Assembly (NCBI GenBank): GCA_038999725.1
Contig: JAWBWS010000001.1
Location: 129,711 to 193,710, forward strand
Direction: 5' to 3'
Length of the DNA: 64,000 nucleotides
From: Candidatus Aenigmatarchaeota archaeon
GTDB lineage: Archaea > Aenigmatarchaeota > Aenigmatarchaeia > CG10238-14 > SCSR01
Shown: one piece after another, positions 48,896-58,774 of the stretch
Layout: each line of letters starts with the position of its first letter
Numbering within the stretch: the first letter of the stretch is position 1
Translations under genes and position numbers: made by a program
Notes under the pieces: model-generated
Seen by the model: only the letters and a program-made list of their open reading frames with translations
Databases searched by the model: none
Told to the model about the DNA's origin: nothing

Positions 48896-49697
48896 TGTGA
48901 TAGGAGCTATATTTGGTCAAACAGAAGGTTTATTAGGTCAAGATTTGGATCTAAGGGAGCTCCAAAGGACGGGTAGAATTGGAAGAATAGAGGTAGAAAT
49001 TTCAAACGAGAATGGAAAAACATTTGGGAAGATTTTCCTACCATCAAGTCTAGACAGCTCTGAAACTGCTCTCATAGCAGCTTCTTTGGAAACAATAGAA
49101 AGAATAGGGCCTTGTATGGCAACGGTTAAGGTAATTTCTGTTAGGGATGTAAGGGCGATGAAAAGGGAATTCATGTTGAACAGGGCAAAAGATATTCTTG
49201 GAAAATTGATGACAGAAGAAATACCACCAACCTCAACTCTCACAGAAATTATTAGAGAAGAGGTTAAGAAGTCCCAAATAAAGGATTATTTCAATCTTCC
49301 AGCAGGTCCAGATGTTGAAAGTTCTGATGAAATAATCATAGTGGAAGGCAGGGCGGATGTTTTAAATCTTCTTAAAAATGGGATTAAAAATGTGATTGCA
49401 ATAGAGGGTGCAAAGGTACCCCAACCAATAATTGACCTAATGAAAGAAAAAATAACTACATTGTTTGTCGATGGTGATAGAGGAGGGGATTTGATAATCA
49501 AGGAAATTCTACAGGTTGGTGGAGTGGATTATATAGCAAGAGCACCTGAAGGAAAAGAGGTTGAAGAATTAACAAAAAAAGAGATATTTAAAGCTTTAAG
49601 GGAGAAGATACCCACTAGTCAATACAAACTTGAGCTGAAAACAAAAGAATTAAAAGATTTTATTCCAAAGAAGGATTCTCAAGAGAGTTCAGCTTGA
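48816..49697 (+). CDS. dnaG: Archaeal DnaG (exosome-associated primase-like protein)
   Basis: VEKPDVIGAIFGQTEGLLG, VEGRADV, DGDRGG, GKEVEEL. Confidence 0.95.
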   Translation: MGKLAQSTIKYLIEAEFSTEGIVEKPDVIGAIFGQTEGLLGQDLDLRELQRTGRIGRIEVEISNENGKTFGKIFLPSSLDSSETALIAASLETIERIGPCMATVKVISVRDVRAMKREFMLNRAKDILGKLMTEEIPPTSTLTEIIREEVKKSQIKDYFNLPAGPDVESSDEIIIVEGRADVLNLLKNGIKNVIAIEGAKVPQPIIDLMKEKITTLFVDGDRGGDLIIKEILQVGGVDYIARAPEGKEVEELTKKEIFKALREKIPTSQYKLELKTKELKDFIPKKDSQESSA

Positions 49698-50215
49698 TGA
49701 AGCACTGAATAAACAGGACCAGTTTTCTTTAGTTCACTCTTTATCAATTGAATAGCATCAATAGTAAATTTACCATGGTTTTTATTTTCTTCAAACATCA
49801 ATCTTCTTAGTTCATTCTTGTTTTTTACTTTTTTCACTCTACACAAGGTGATGTGAGGCGGTTTTGAATCACCTTCTATATTCTTATTCACATCTTCAAA
49901 AATTAACTTTAAGTTACCAGTTTTATCAAAAACATCAAGTGCAATCACTCTAATATAACTCTCATTTGGTATTGCTTTCAATTTTCCAATCTCAACTTCA
50001 AATTTCTTGAATTTTTTACTGATGATATTTATTTTTTCAGAGATTTCTTTAATCTGGTTTTCTTCGATTTCTCCAAGGAAAGAGAAACTTAAGTGTAAAT
50101 TTTCCCTTTCAACCATTTTACCTACAATAGGCCATTCTTTCATCTGATTTTGTAATTTTACAATTTCATCTTTTGTATCTTCAGGAAGCAAGTAACCTAT
50201 GAAGCATCTCACCAT
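49679..50215 (-). CDS. thpR: RNA 2',3'-cyclic phosphodiesterase (2H family)
   Basis: NLHLSFSFLG, PHITLCRVK, SEL...GPVY. Confidence 0.9.
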   Translation of the reverse strand: MVRCFIGYLLPEDTKDEIVKLQNQMKEWPIVGKMVERENLHLSFSFLGEIEENQIKEISEKINIISKKFKKFEVEIGKLKAIPNESYIRVIALDVFDKTGNLKLIFEDVNKNIEGDSKPPHITLCRVKKVKNKNELRRLMFEENKNHGKFTIDAIQLIKSELKKTGPVYSVLHQAELS

Positions 50216-50269
50216 ATTCTTTTTAAGGTTAAATAAAGGTTTAAATTTAATGAAGTATATTTTAATTTT

Positions 50270-50533
50270 ATGTCAGAGACAAAAGTTAAAGCAGCTGAGG
50301 TTATAGGTAAGACGATAATAAGTGAAGAAACGGGTAGGAAATTTGGTTTGGTAAACAACATAGATTTTGTTACAGAAAGTGGTGAATTGCTGAATATCAT
50401 AGTCGAACAACCAACAAAACATTTAACCGATCTCAATCCAAAGACTGACGATAAGGGAAGGGTTCTGATTCCATTCAGTGCCGTCAAATCTGTTGGAGAT
50501 TTTGTAATAGTTAGTGAAAGCGAATTAGTTTAG
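50270..50533 (+). CDS. PRC-barrel protein
   Basis: IGKTII..TGRKFG.V, IPFSAVKSVGDFVIV. Confidence 0.88.
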   Translation: MSETKVKAAEVIGKTIISEETGRKFGLVNNIDFVTESGELLNIIVEQPTKHLTDLNPKTDDKGRVLIPFSAVKSVGDFVIVSESELV

Positions 50534-50545
50534 TTTGGAAAACTT

Positions 50546-51556
50546 TTAATTCCCCTTCCATTTAAACCATTTTATATCATCTATTCTCCATTTTGGTTTT
50601 ATTATATCATTAAACTCAGGTTTCCATCCTGCTTTATAAGCCAGTAAACCAGTCCAGGCTGTCATAACTCCATTATCTCCACTATATTCAGCAGGTACTA
50701 CAAACATCTTTGCCATTCTTTCTACACACATTTTCTTCATCATATCTTGTAGTCTTTTGTTTGCTGCTACCCCACCAACCAACAAAACCTCATTTTTTTC
50801 TGTATGGGCTAAAGCTCTTTCTGTAACTTCGGTTAACATGGCAAAACAAGTCTCTTGTAGAGAATAAGCAATATCTTCTTTAGCAACACCTCTTTTAAAC
50901 AAATTGATAGCAGCAGTAGCTATCCCACTATAACTTACATCCATCCCCTTAACCACATAAGGTAGCTCAACATATTTTCCATTTTTTGCTAATTTTTCTA
51001 TTTCAGGACCTCCTGGCATTGGTAAATTCATTTCTCTTGCAACAACATCCAAACAATTACCAATTGGTATGTCTTCTGTTTCACCAAAGATTCTGTAGAC
51101 AGAATCAACAAAAGCTATTATTTGGGTGTTACCTCCAGACAAATAAACAAAGATAGGGTCTTCGGCTCTTGTTGTCAGAAGACCAATTTCAAGATGTGAA
51201 AGTTGATGGCAAACAGGAATTAAAGGTTTGTTGTTTTTTCTAGAAAGTTCTCTAGCAAAATTGGCGCCTACCAATAAACAAGGTGGCAAGCCAGCACCAG
51301 CAGTATAAGCTACTATATCTATATCTTCAATCTTCAAGTTAGCTTTTTCAAATGCTTTTTTTAAAACCATTTGAGAAACTTTTTCATGATGCAACTTTGC
51401 TTCATTTGGTACAATACCCTTCCCTAATGATGGCGTGTAAATGCTTTTTTCGTCTGCTAAAATTTCTCCCCTCTCGTTTACAATCCCTATCCCAAATGTA
51501 TGAGCACTCGACTCAATTCCAAGGCAAATTAACCCTTCTTTTGTCATTTCACTCAA
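50546..51556 (-). CDS. kae1: KEOPS t6A synthase Kae1
   Basis: GIESSAHT, HQLSHLE, SGGNTQ, GETEDI, GGVAAN, DNGVM. Confidence 0.95.
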   Translation of the reverse strand: MSEMTKEGLICLGIESSAHTFGIGIVNERGEILADEKSIYTPSLGKGIVPNEAKLHHEKVSQMVLKKAFEKANLKIEDIDIVAYTAGAGLPPCLLVGANFARELSRKNNKPLIPVCHQLSHLEIGLLTTRAEDPIFVYLSGGNTQIIAFVDSVYRIFGETEDIPIGNCLDVVAREMNLPMPGGPEIEKLAKNGKYVELPYVVKGMDVSYSGIATAAINLFKRGVAKEDIAYSLQETCFAMLTEVTERALAHTEKNEVLLVGGVAANKRLQDMMKKMCVERMAKMFVVPAEYSGDNGVMTAWTGLLAYKAGWKPEFNDIIKPKWRIDDIKWFKWKGN

Positions 51557-51589
51557 TTATTTAAAATTCTATAAAATTTAAAGAAATCT

Positions 51590-53776
51590 ATGAGGGTTGA
51601 AGAGCTTTCAAAGTATAACATACCTAAATATTTCATACAAAAGTTTAAAGAAGAAAAAATCTTAGAACTCTTCCCACCACAAGAAGAGGTTGTGAAGAAA
51701 AGATTATTTCAAGATAAGAGTTTGGTTATATCTCTTCCAACAGCTGGGGGTAAGACGTTCATAGCAGCTTTAGCTATAATCAACAAACTCTCTTCTTCTA
51801 GAAGCAAAGCGATTTATACAGTTCCACTTATTGCTCTTGCGAATGAAAAGTATGAGTATTTTAAAAAACTTTTTGATGGGAAATGGAAAGTTGCAATTTC
51901 TGTTGGCGATTTAGATTCAAGCGATCCATGGCTTGCTGATTATGATTTAATTGTCTGTACAAATGAAAAACTTGACTCTTTGATAAGACATGGAGCGAGC
52001 TGGATTAGAGAAATTGGATTAATAATTGTTGATGAGATTCACCTTTTAAATGACCCTGAGAGAGGGCCGACTTTAGAAATCTTGTTAACTCAATTGAGAG
52101 AAATCGTACCAAAAGCACAAATCATTGCTTTGTCTGCAACGATAAATAATGCCAAAGAACTTGCTGAATGGTTAGGCGCGCATCTACTCAAAAGTGATTT
52201 TAGACCAATTAAACTTTACGAGGGGGTTTATTACAATTCAAAAATTTTCTTTTATGGTAAGAAGGGGTATGAACTTAGCAATCTGGAGCCAGAGGCGGCT
52301 ATAACAGAAAATGTTTTACAACTAAAAAAACAGGCTCTATTTTTTGTTTCAACAAGAAGAAAGGCAGAAAGTTTAGCGGAGAGTTTGACCAAGATAACTA
52401 GGTTATACTTGAAAAAAGAGGAGGAGAAAAACCTTCACAGCTTGGCTGAAGAAATCTTAAGCGTTTTAGAGGTGCCAACACAACAATGTAAAAAACTTGC
52501 TTCTTGTATTAAAGATGGAGTAGCATTCCATCATGCTGGTTTATTGGGAAAACAAAAAAGGTTAATAGAAGAAAAATTTAGACAAGGATTAATCAAAATA
52601 ATAGTAGCAACCCCAACACTTGCCTTTGGTGTGAATTTACCAGCTTTTCGTGTAATAGTGAGAGATGTAAAAAGATATTATTCGGGTATAGGTGCAGTTT
52701 ACATTCCAGTTCTCGAATACAAACAATTTATAGGCAGGGCAGGAAGACCGGCTTATGATGAATTTGGCGAGTCTGTACTGATAGCAAGAACAGAAGAGGA
52801 GGCTCAGGATTTTGTAGATCATTTTATCATGGGTCAACCAGAAGATATTAAATCTAAACTTTCTCAAGAACCAACTTTGAGGATGCATACTTTAGCTTTA
52901 ATTGCGAGTGATTTTTGTAAATCAGAGCATTCTTTAAAAGAATTTTTCTCAAAAACTTTTTATGCTTATCAATTCGGTGATATTTCATCTGTAGAAGACA
53001 AGATTAGTAATATTTTAGAGCAGCTTATAAGTTGGGGGTTTGTTGTTTCAAAGAAAGGAAAAATTTCTGCTACAAGAATAGGTAAGAGGGTTTCTCAACT
53101 TTACATAGATCCTCTAACTGCTCATCAATTCATAGAAGCTTTAGCAAAAACAAAGGAGAAAAAAATTCATCCTTTTGGGTTGTTACAATTGATTTCAAAC
53201 ACAATTGAGATGAGACCCTTACTTTCCGTGAGGATAGGAGAATTTTCTGAACTTGAAGATATTTTGGCGAAAAGAGAAGAGGAACTTTTACAAGAAATTC
53301 CAGACGAATCTGGAATTGAATTTGACGATTTCTTAAAAAGTCTGAAAACTGCTTTAATGTTTGAAGCTTGGATAAAAGAAGCAACTGAAGATCAAATTTT
53401 AACTGAATTTAGAGTTGCTCCTGGCGAATTTTATGGGAGAAGGGAGATTGCAGATTGGCTTATTTATTCTCTTCAAGAGCTCGCTTTATTGCTTGGCTAC
53501 AAAAATATTTTGAAAGATATAAGAAAGCTTAGGATAAGACTTGAGTATGGTGTAAGTGAAGAGCTAATTCCTTTGGTTAGATTAAGACAAGTGGGGAGAA
53601 TAAGAGCTAGAAAACTGTTTAATTCTGGCATAAGAACTTTAAGGGATTTGAGAAAGGTTCCTCTAGAAAGGCTTTCTTTAATTGTTGGAGCAGGTGTGGC
53701 AAGATTAATCAAAGACCAACTGGAAGGGAAAGAAGAAAGGAAAATTGAAAAACAAACAACTTTGGAGAAATATTGA
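51590..53776 (+). CDS. hel308: Ski2-like DNA helicase Hel308/Hjm
   Basis: PTAGGKT, DEIH, SAT, HHAGL, GRAGRP, RIRARKL; C-terminal PIP-like QTTLEKY. Confidence 0.93.
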   Translation: MRVEELSKYNIPKYFIQKFKEEKILELFPPQEEVVKKRLFQDKSLVISLPTAGGKTFIAALAIINKLSSSRSKAIYTVPLIALANEKYEYFKKLFDGKWKVAISVGDLDSSDPWLADYDLIVCTNEKLDSLIRHGASWIREIGLIIVDEIHLLNDPERGPTLEILLTQLREIVPKAQIIALSATINNAKELAEWLGAHLLKSDFRPIKLYEGVYYNSKIFFYGKKGYELSNLEPEAAITENVLQLKKQALFFVSTRRKAESLAESLTKITRLYLKKEEEKNLHSLAEEILSVLEVPTQQCKKLASCIKDGVAFHHAGLLGKQKRLIEEKFRQGLIKIIVATPTLAFGVNLPAFRVIVRDVKRYYSGIGAVYIPVLEYKQFIGRAGRPAYDEFGESVLIARTEEEAQDFVDHFIMGQPEDIKSKLSQEPTLRMHTLALIASDFCKSEHSLKEFFSKTFYAYQFGDISSVEDKISNILEQLISWGFVVSKKGKISATRIGKRVSQLYIDPLTAHQFIEALAKTKEKKIHPFGLLQLISNTIEMRPLLSVRIGEFSELEDILAKREEELLQEIPDESGIEFDDFLKSLKTALMFEAWIKEATEDQILTEFRVAPGEFYGRREIADWLIYSLQELALLLGYKNILKDIRKLRIRLEYGVSEELIPLVRLRQVGRIRARKLFNSGIRTLRDLRKVPLERLSLIVGAGVARLIKDQLEGKEERKIEKQTTLEKY

Positions 53777-53817
53777 GAGCATAAGTTTTTGGTTTTTAAA
53801 ATTTACGTTTATATTAG

Positions 53818-54591
53818 CTAAAACATTTTTGCGAATTTTCCAGTTTTTCTCGAGTGGTCAAATCCAAATTTATAAGTTAAAACACCGATGAGAAGATAAA
53901 GAAAAGAGATGAGGACGGAAGAAAAAATTTCCTGAAAGTATGGTCTTTTTAACAAAAGATTTTTTAATCCCTCAAAAAAATTACCATAAGGCATCATTCT
54001 TGCTAAAACTTGTATATGGTAAGGTAAGATTTCAAGCGGTGATAAGGGGAAAGAAAGAAGAATAAAGAACTGGAGACTTGCCCAACTAATCCAGGCATAA
54101 TCTCTACCAAGGATGAAGTATAGACCTGCAATAAAAATTGCTATCGTTACGGATAAAAATGTTGTTAAAAAAATGAAAGGTATTACTTCTGAAATTATTT
54201 GGGTCAAGTTTAAGAAGAATATATGAGTAATTAGCAACATAAGAGATAAGTTTATAGATGAAAGTAATAGACTAAAAATTATTCTTCCCAACAAATATTC
54301 CCATTTTCCAATTCCTGTAATGAAAATATGATGGATTTCACTATGCCAAGCATCTTCATTGATACTCAAGTTTATTGTTGTTTGAACAACATAAGAGTAA
54401 CTCCAAAAAACATTTATAAACAAAGCAATTTTCCCAGCTTCACTTGCGAACTCTCCAGTCCAAATAGCAAAAAGACCCCAAATTATTATAGAGGTTATTG
54501 GAAAATAGAAGAATTCAAGCCACCTCCACTTAGATTTAATAAAAATCAAATAATCTCTATAAACTAATGATTTTAATCTTGAAATTTTCAT
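53818..54591 (-). CDS. ABC-2 type exporter permease
   Basis: Six TMs; ATGA overlap with ATPase gene. Confidence 0.85.
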   Translation of the reverse strand: MKISRLKSLVYRDYLIFIKSKWRWLEFFYFPITSIIIWGLFAIWTGEFASEAGKIALFINVFWSYSYVVQTTINLSINEDAWHSEIHHIFITGIGKWEYLLGRIIFSLLLSSINLSLMLLITHIFFLNLTQIISEVIPFIFLTTFLSVTIAIFIAGLYFILGRDYAWISWASLQFFILLSFPLSPLEILPYHIQVLARMMPYGNFFEGLKNLLLKRPYFQEIFSSVLISFLYLLIGVLTYKFGFDHSRKTGKFAKMF

Positions 54592-55289
54592 TTTCCTAAC
54601 CTTAACCAATAGTTTTCCAAAGTTTTGTATTTTTTTAAAAGCTCAGATTTTTCTTCAATTTCTAAAATTTTTCCATCTTTTATAAAAGCTATTTTGTTTG
54701 CAAGTCTTTCAACTTCTACCATATCATGACTTGCAAAAAATATAGTGGTTCCACTTCTGTTTAATTTTTGTAGGAGTGTATGAATTTCTCTTTTTGTTTT
54801 TGGATCGAGACCAAAAGTAGGTTCATCTAAAATCAAAACTTCAGGTTCGTTTAACAATGCTTTTGCAAGAGCAATTTTTGACAATTCTCCTGTAGAGAGT
54901 TTCCACATTTCTCTTTCTTTTAAGTAAGAAATTTTTAAAAGGTCTAGAACTTTTTCAATTTTTTGTTGTTCGATACCATAAAGGCCTGCATAACAATTAA
55001 GAAAACTTTTAACCTTAAGATGTGAAGAAGGCTTCTCAACAGGAACATAATTGATGAGTTGAAGAATATCTTTATCTTTAAAAGGGTTTCTTCCAAGAAT
55101 TCTTACCTTCCCTTTATCTGGGATGAGAATTGTCAGGATGATATTAATAAGGGTAGTTTTTCCAGAGCCATTTGGTCCAAGTAGGGCAAAGAACTCACCA
55201 AATCCTACTTCAAGGTTAATGTTTTTAAGCGAGAAAGTTTTCTCTTCTCTAAAAGTTTTATACAAACCTTTCACTTCTATGGCTTCCAT
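54588..55289 (-). CDS. ABC transporter ATP-binding protein
   Basis: GPNGSGKTT, LSTGE, LDEPTFGLD, SHDM. Confidence 0.93.
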   Translation of the reverse strand: MEAIEVKGLYKTFREEKTFSLKNINLEVGFGEFFALLGPNGSGKTTLINIILTILIPDKGKVRILGRNPFKDKDILQLINYVPVEKPSSHLKVKSFLNCYAGLYGIEQQKIEKVLDLLKISYLKEREMWKLSTGELSKIALAKALLNEPEVLILDEPTFGLDPKTKREIHTLLQKLNRSGTTIFFASHDMVEVERLANKIAFIKDGKILEIEEKSELLKKYKTLENYWLRLGK

Positions 55290-55515
55290 ACTGTTTAATT
55301 ATGAACTGAATAAATTAGAATATTATTGGTAGAAAATTGAATTAACTTTTTTAACTCTTTAAATTCACCAATAGAGACATTGGAGTATTTACTAGAAACA
55401 CTATCAAACATTTGAACATAGAGAAAATCACAACCAAGTTTATCAGTTATTGTAGTAAGATTGTCGAAAATTGGAAAAAAGCGGGTCAAATTTCTTCAAA
55501 AACCAAGAAACACTT

Positions 55516-55992
55516 CTATACTTTAATTATTTTCTTTTCAATAGCATAGAAACAGTATGGATTGTTGTGAAATCTCTTTGTAATTGTATATGACATAGAA
55601 TTACATCCACCTTTACATTTAATCCTGTATTTACAATCTCTGCAATTTGGCCCAATTTTGGTTTCATCAAATTTTCTGTTGTATGCAAAATTGTTTGGAT
55701 TTTCACAAATATCTCTCAGACTCTCATTTCTTACATTCCCTTCTATAAACATGCGATTCCCCATCGATAAACAACCAACAATACCTCCATCACTTGTTAT
55801 TCCTATAGCCGTTATTCCTGCTGCACAACCTTTCCACTCACAACCTGGCAGGATTTTAGAATAATAGCCATAACAATGAGCACCGATAACAGGTAAATCC
55901 TTAAATGGATTTTTAATTCTTTCTTTAGCTATGAATAATGCAGTGGCATAAAATTCTTCTTTTGATAACATTTGTTTTCTTTTGAAATTCCT
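55516..55992 (-). pseudogene. 5'-truncated radical SAM/SPASM gene (SPASM domain only)
   Basis: GCAAG...GC...GNV...C..C....CKGGC...PYC present; no CxxxCxxC; in-frame stop shortly upstream. Confidence 0.7.
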
Positions 55993-56080
55993 TGGCTATT
56001 TCTTTAATCTTACATCAATCCTGTAAATATGGTGAATCCTTTGTATACTTCTAGTAAGATAACTTTCTTGTACAATATTG

Positions 56081-56165
56081 TGGGGTTGCTGGGATTTGAA
56101 CCCAGATTGCCAGCGCTCTCTCTATTACCCGAGGCTGGTGTCCTACCAAGTTAGACTACAACCCC
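56081..56165 (-). tRNA. tRNA-Pro (CGG) with 12-nt intron at 37/38 (56116-56127)
   Basis: Acceptor GGGGTTG/CAACCCC; CCAGC-CTCGGG[TAATAGAGAGAG]C-GCTGG; T-arm CTGGG-TTCAAAT-CCCAG. Confidence 0.92.
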
Positions 56166-56181
56166 TTAATTAGGAATTGGT

Positions 56182-56775
56182 TTATTGTTTTATTTCTAAA
56201 GTTATTTTCACTTTAGTTTGTGGATTCTTCAATTTTTCAATCAAGGTTTGTTTAAGCTCGTTAGCAGATTTTTCAGAGAAAATAGCAACAGTTTTCCCAT
56301 CAACAAAAGAATCTTTTCTTATAACAACTTCTTCTTTGCTTGTAAGCTTAAGGGCAGGCGAACCATAAGCAGAAAAAATTTCTTCTTCACCATCGACCTC
56401 AATTTTTATTTCAACCCTTCTAGCACTTTTGATAGCAGTCTTAAAATCATCACTCAAATCCTTACAAGCCTTATCTGCTTTAACAACAATTGTTGCATCA
56501 TCAACTTCTAGACTCTTTGTTATTCTTATTATAGAGTTGTCAATAGCCTTAATTTCTGGATGACCATAACCAAAAATTTCTTCTTTTATAGGTTTTAATT
56601 CCATCAAAAGTTTCCAACCACTTTCTGTTGGAATGTAAGCCCCACCAGCTGTGTAGTGGATCATTCCTTTACTTTCTAAAATTTCAAGAACATCTTTAAC
56701 CATCTCAGGAGTAATAACTGGTGATGGCTCTGGAGCGATTTCAGGTGGCCCTTGCATTTTTCTCATTTCCTTCAT
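56182..56775 (-). CDS. DUF371-like protein with N-terminal extension
   Basis: GHPEIKA, ADKACKDL, VIRKDSFVD.KTVAI..EKSA. Confidence 0.75.
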   Translation of the reverse strand: MKEMRKMQGPPEIAPEPSPVITPEMVKDVLEILESKGMIHYTAGGAYIPTESGWKLLMELKPIKEEIFGYGHPEIKAIDNSIIRITKSLEVDDATIVVKADKACKDLSDDFKTAIKSARRVEIKIEVDGEEEIFSAYGSPALKLTSKEEVVIRKDSFVDGKTVAIFSEKSANELKQTLIEKLKNPQTKVKITLEIKQ

Positions 56776-57530
56776 TTTATTTTCCTCGCAAAAGTTATGA
56801 AGCCTGTATGCATTACTCCCATAGTCTTTGGTCTCGTCGTCCTTTCAGTTTGCCACTCCCTTACTATATTTTCTACAGTCTTAATATAAGAAAAGTTTAA
56901 CTCCCTTATTTTTTTTGTTGCAGCAATCATTTCTTCTACTGTTGGTGAATAAACGGCAAGCCAACCACCAACCTTTAGAGCTTTGTAAGCATGTTTTACA
57001 ATCTTTTCAGGATTTTTTATGTCAACAGTCACAAGATCAACATTTTTCTCAGAAATTCCTTTACTCGCATCTTTGTTTTTAATCCTAATGAATTTGGAGA
57101 GACCAAAAGATTCGACATTTTTCTTTGCTATTTTTACCATTCTCTCATCTTTCTCATAACTCACAATTTTGCCAGGTTTTATATAATTTGCTAAAAAGAT
57201 TGCTAAAAAGCCTGAACCTGTTCCCACATCGACTACAAAGCTTCCTGGTTCAATGCCCGTGAGAGCTAAAATTGAGGCAGCATCTTTTGGCATTATTATT
57301 TGTGGACCTCTTTCAGCCTTTTTCTCTAAGAAATCAATCAGGTTTGGTTTAACTATTCTGAATTCTTTCTTAAGGTGGGTTTCTATTTTATCACCAATTT
57401 TTTTCTTCAAAATTTCATTCAAATCAAAGATTCCGTCTTTTGTTGAAAACCTTCCTTTCCCAACTTCTACTAAATAAGAAGAATTTTTCGACAAAAGCAA
57501 AACCAACTCTCCTTCTTTCAAGAAAATCAC
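56772..57530 (-). CDS. trmI: tRNA (adenine-N1)-methyltransferase
   Basis: RGPQIIMPKD, VDVGTGSG, YSPTVE, HTGFITFARK. Confidence 0.92.
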   Translation of the reverse strand: MIFLKEGELVLLLSKNSSYLVEVGKGRFSTKDGIFDLNEILKKKIGDKIETHLKKEFRIVKPNLIDFLEKKAERGPQIIMPKDAASILALTGIEPGSFVVDVGTGSGFLAIFLANYIKPGKIVSYEKDERMVKIAKKNVESFGLSKFIRIKNKDASKGISEKNVDLVTVDIKNPEKIVKHAYKALKVGGWLAVYSPTVEEMIAATKKIRELNFSYIKTVENIVREWQTERTTRPKTMGVMHTGFITFARKIK

Positions 57531-57556
57531 TAATTAATTAATTATGAATTTAAGAT

Positions 57557-58510
57557 TTAACCCAATTCTTTCTCCAACTCCCTAAGTGCCAAAATTCTCT
57601 TGAAGGTTAACGGGTGGGTTCTGAATATTTCCAAAACCCTTATTAAGGGATTTCTCCTTTCCCATTCCATTGCTTTTTCTAATTCTTTTTCATCTAAATT
57701 CATGTCAGAATATTCGGAACGAAATCTTTTCACCTCACTTACAGATATTACTGGGTCTGCTATATAAAATGCTCTAACAGAAGAATTTTGAATTTTTTCT
57801 GAAGATATGCTTAAACCATAAGTTATCTTTGCTAGTGCACTAGCCAGCAATTTTGGTCTTGTGTTTATTCCAGAAAATCTATCAGCGTAATATTCTCTAA
57901 GTCTAGAGAGAGCAAGCACGAGTAAATTTGAAATTAGATAAACAAAATAAGCTATAACACCAATCAAGATAGCGGCCCTAAAACTTCTCTCCCTATCTTC
58001 AGAAGGGGCTAAGAGCAAAAATCTAGCAACAAAATAAGCTACTATTGGTATAGCTGAGACCAATGTCATCACAACCATGTCCTTATGCTTGATGTGGCCA
58101 ATTTCATGTGCTATGACAGCTCCTACCTCTTCTCGGTTCAAATTGTTCAATAAACCTTGAGTTAAGGTTAAGGTAGCAGAACTAGGGGTCCTTCCAAATA
58201 CAAATGCATTTGGTGCACCAACTCTTGCCAAAGCGATTTTAGGCATTGGTACTTTGTTCTTCTTACACAATTCCTCCACAGTTTTCCAAACCCATGGATA
58301 CTCTTCCTTCTCCAAGAGTCTCATGTTGGTGGTCCACCAAATTATTTTTGGCGCAATCAACCATTGGAGAAAAACGAGGAATATTGCTACAGCTACTATC
58401 AGATATCCAGAAATACCAAAGAGATAACCTATCATCGCCAACAAACCAAATAGAAGACCAAATAATAAAAACACGGTTAAACCCATTGTTAGCCAAAGTT
58501 TTAAAATCAT
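57557..58510 (-). CDS. htpX: Zinc metalloprotease HtpX (M48)
   Basis: PNAFVFG, HEIGH, SRLREYYAD, THP. Confidence 0.93.
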   Translation of the reverse strand: MILKLWLTMGLTVFLLFGLLFGLLAMIGYLFGISGYLIVAVAIFLVFLQWLIAPKIIWWTTNMRLLEKEEYPWVWKTVEELCKKNKVPMPKIALARVGAPNAFVFGRTPSSATLTLTQGLLNNLNREEVGAVIAHEIGHIKHKDMVVMTLVSAIPIVAYFVARFLLLAPSEDRERSFRAAILIGVIAYFVYLISNLLVLALSRLREYYADRFSGINTRPKLLASALAKITYGLSISSEKIQNSSVRAFYIADPVISVSEVKRFRSEYSDMNLDEKELEKAMEWERRNPLIRVLEIFRTHPLTFKRILALRELEKELG

Positions 58511-58511
58511 T

Positions 58512-58739
58512 CTACCACCTTTTGATTAAAATTAGAATTGTCAACATAACTATAAAAATTGTTATACTCAAAGCAAAAACTCTCTTACTACTCCAAGCTC
58601 CAAATGGTATTGGTCCTATCAAACCAAAAAATCCCCACTCACTCTCTATTTCTTTCGAGCCCAAAATTGCACCTAGGAAAATTAAAATAAACCCAACAAA
58701 TATCACCAAAATTCCAATATAAATCAAGTTCTCTTGCAT
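58512..58739 (-). CDS. DUF131-like small membrane protein
   Basis: GFILIFLG...GLIGPIPFG. Confidence 0.75.
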   Translation of the reverse strand: MQENLIYIGILVIFVGFILIFLGAILGSKEIESEWGFFGLIGPIPFGAWSSKRVFALSITIFIVMLTILILIKRW

Positions 58740-58774
58740 CTATTTATTTAATTCTTACCGATAAATAAAAAACT

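Noticed and set aside
55295..55489. 64-aa ORF as a RiPP precursor
   Set aside because: No leader/core pattern or SD; insufficient support
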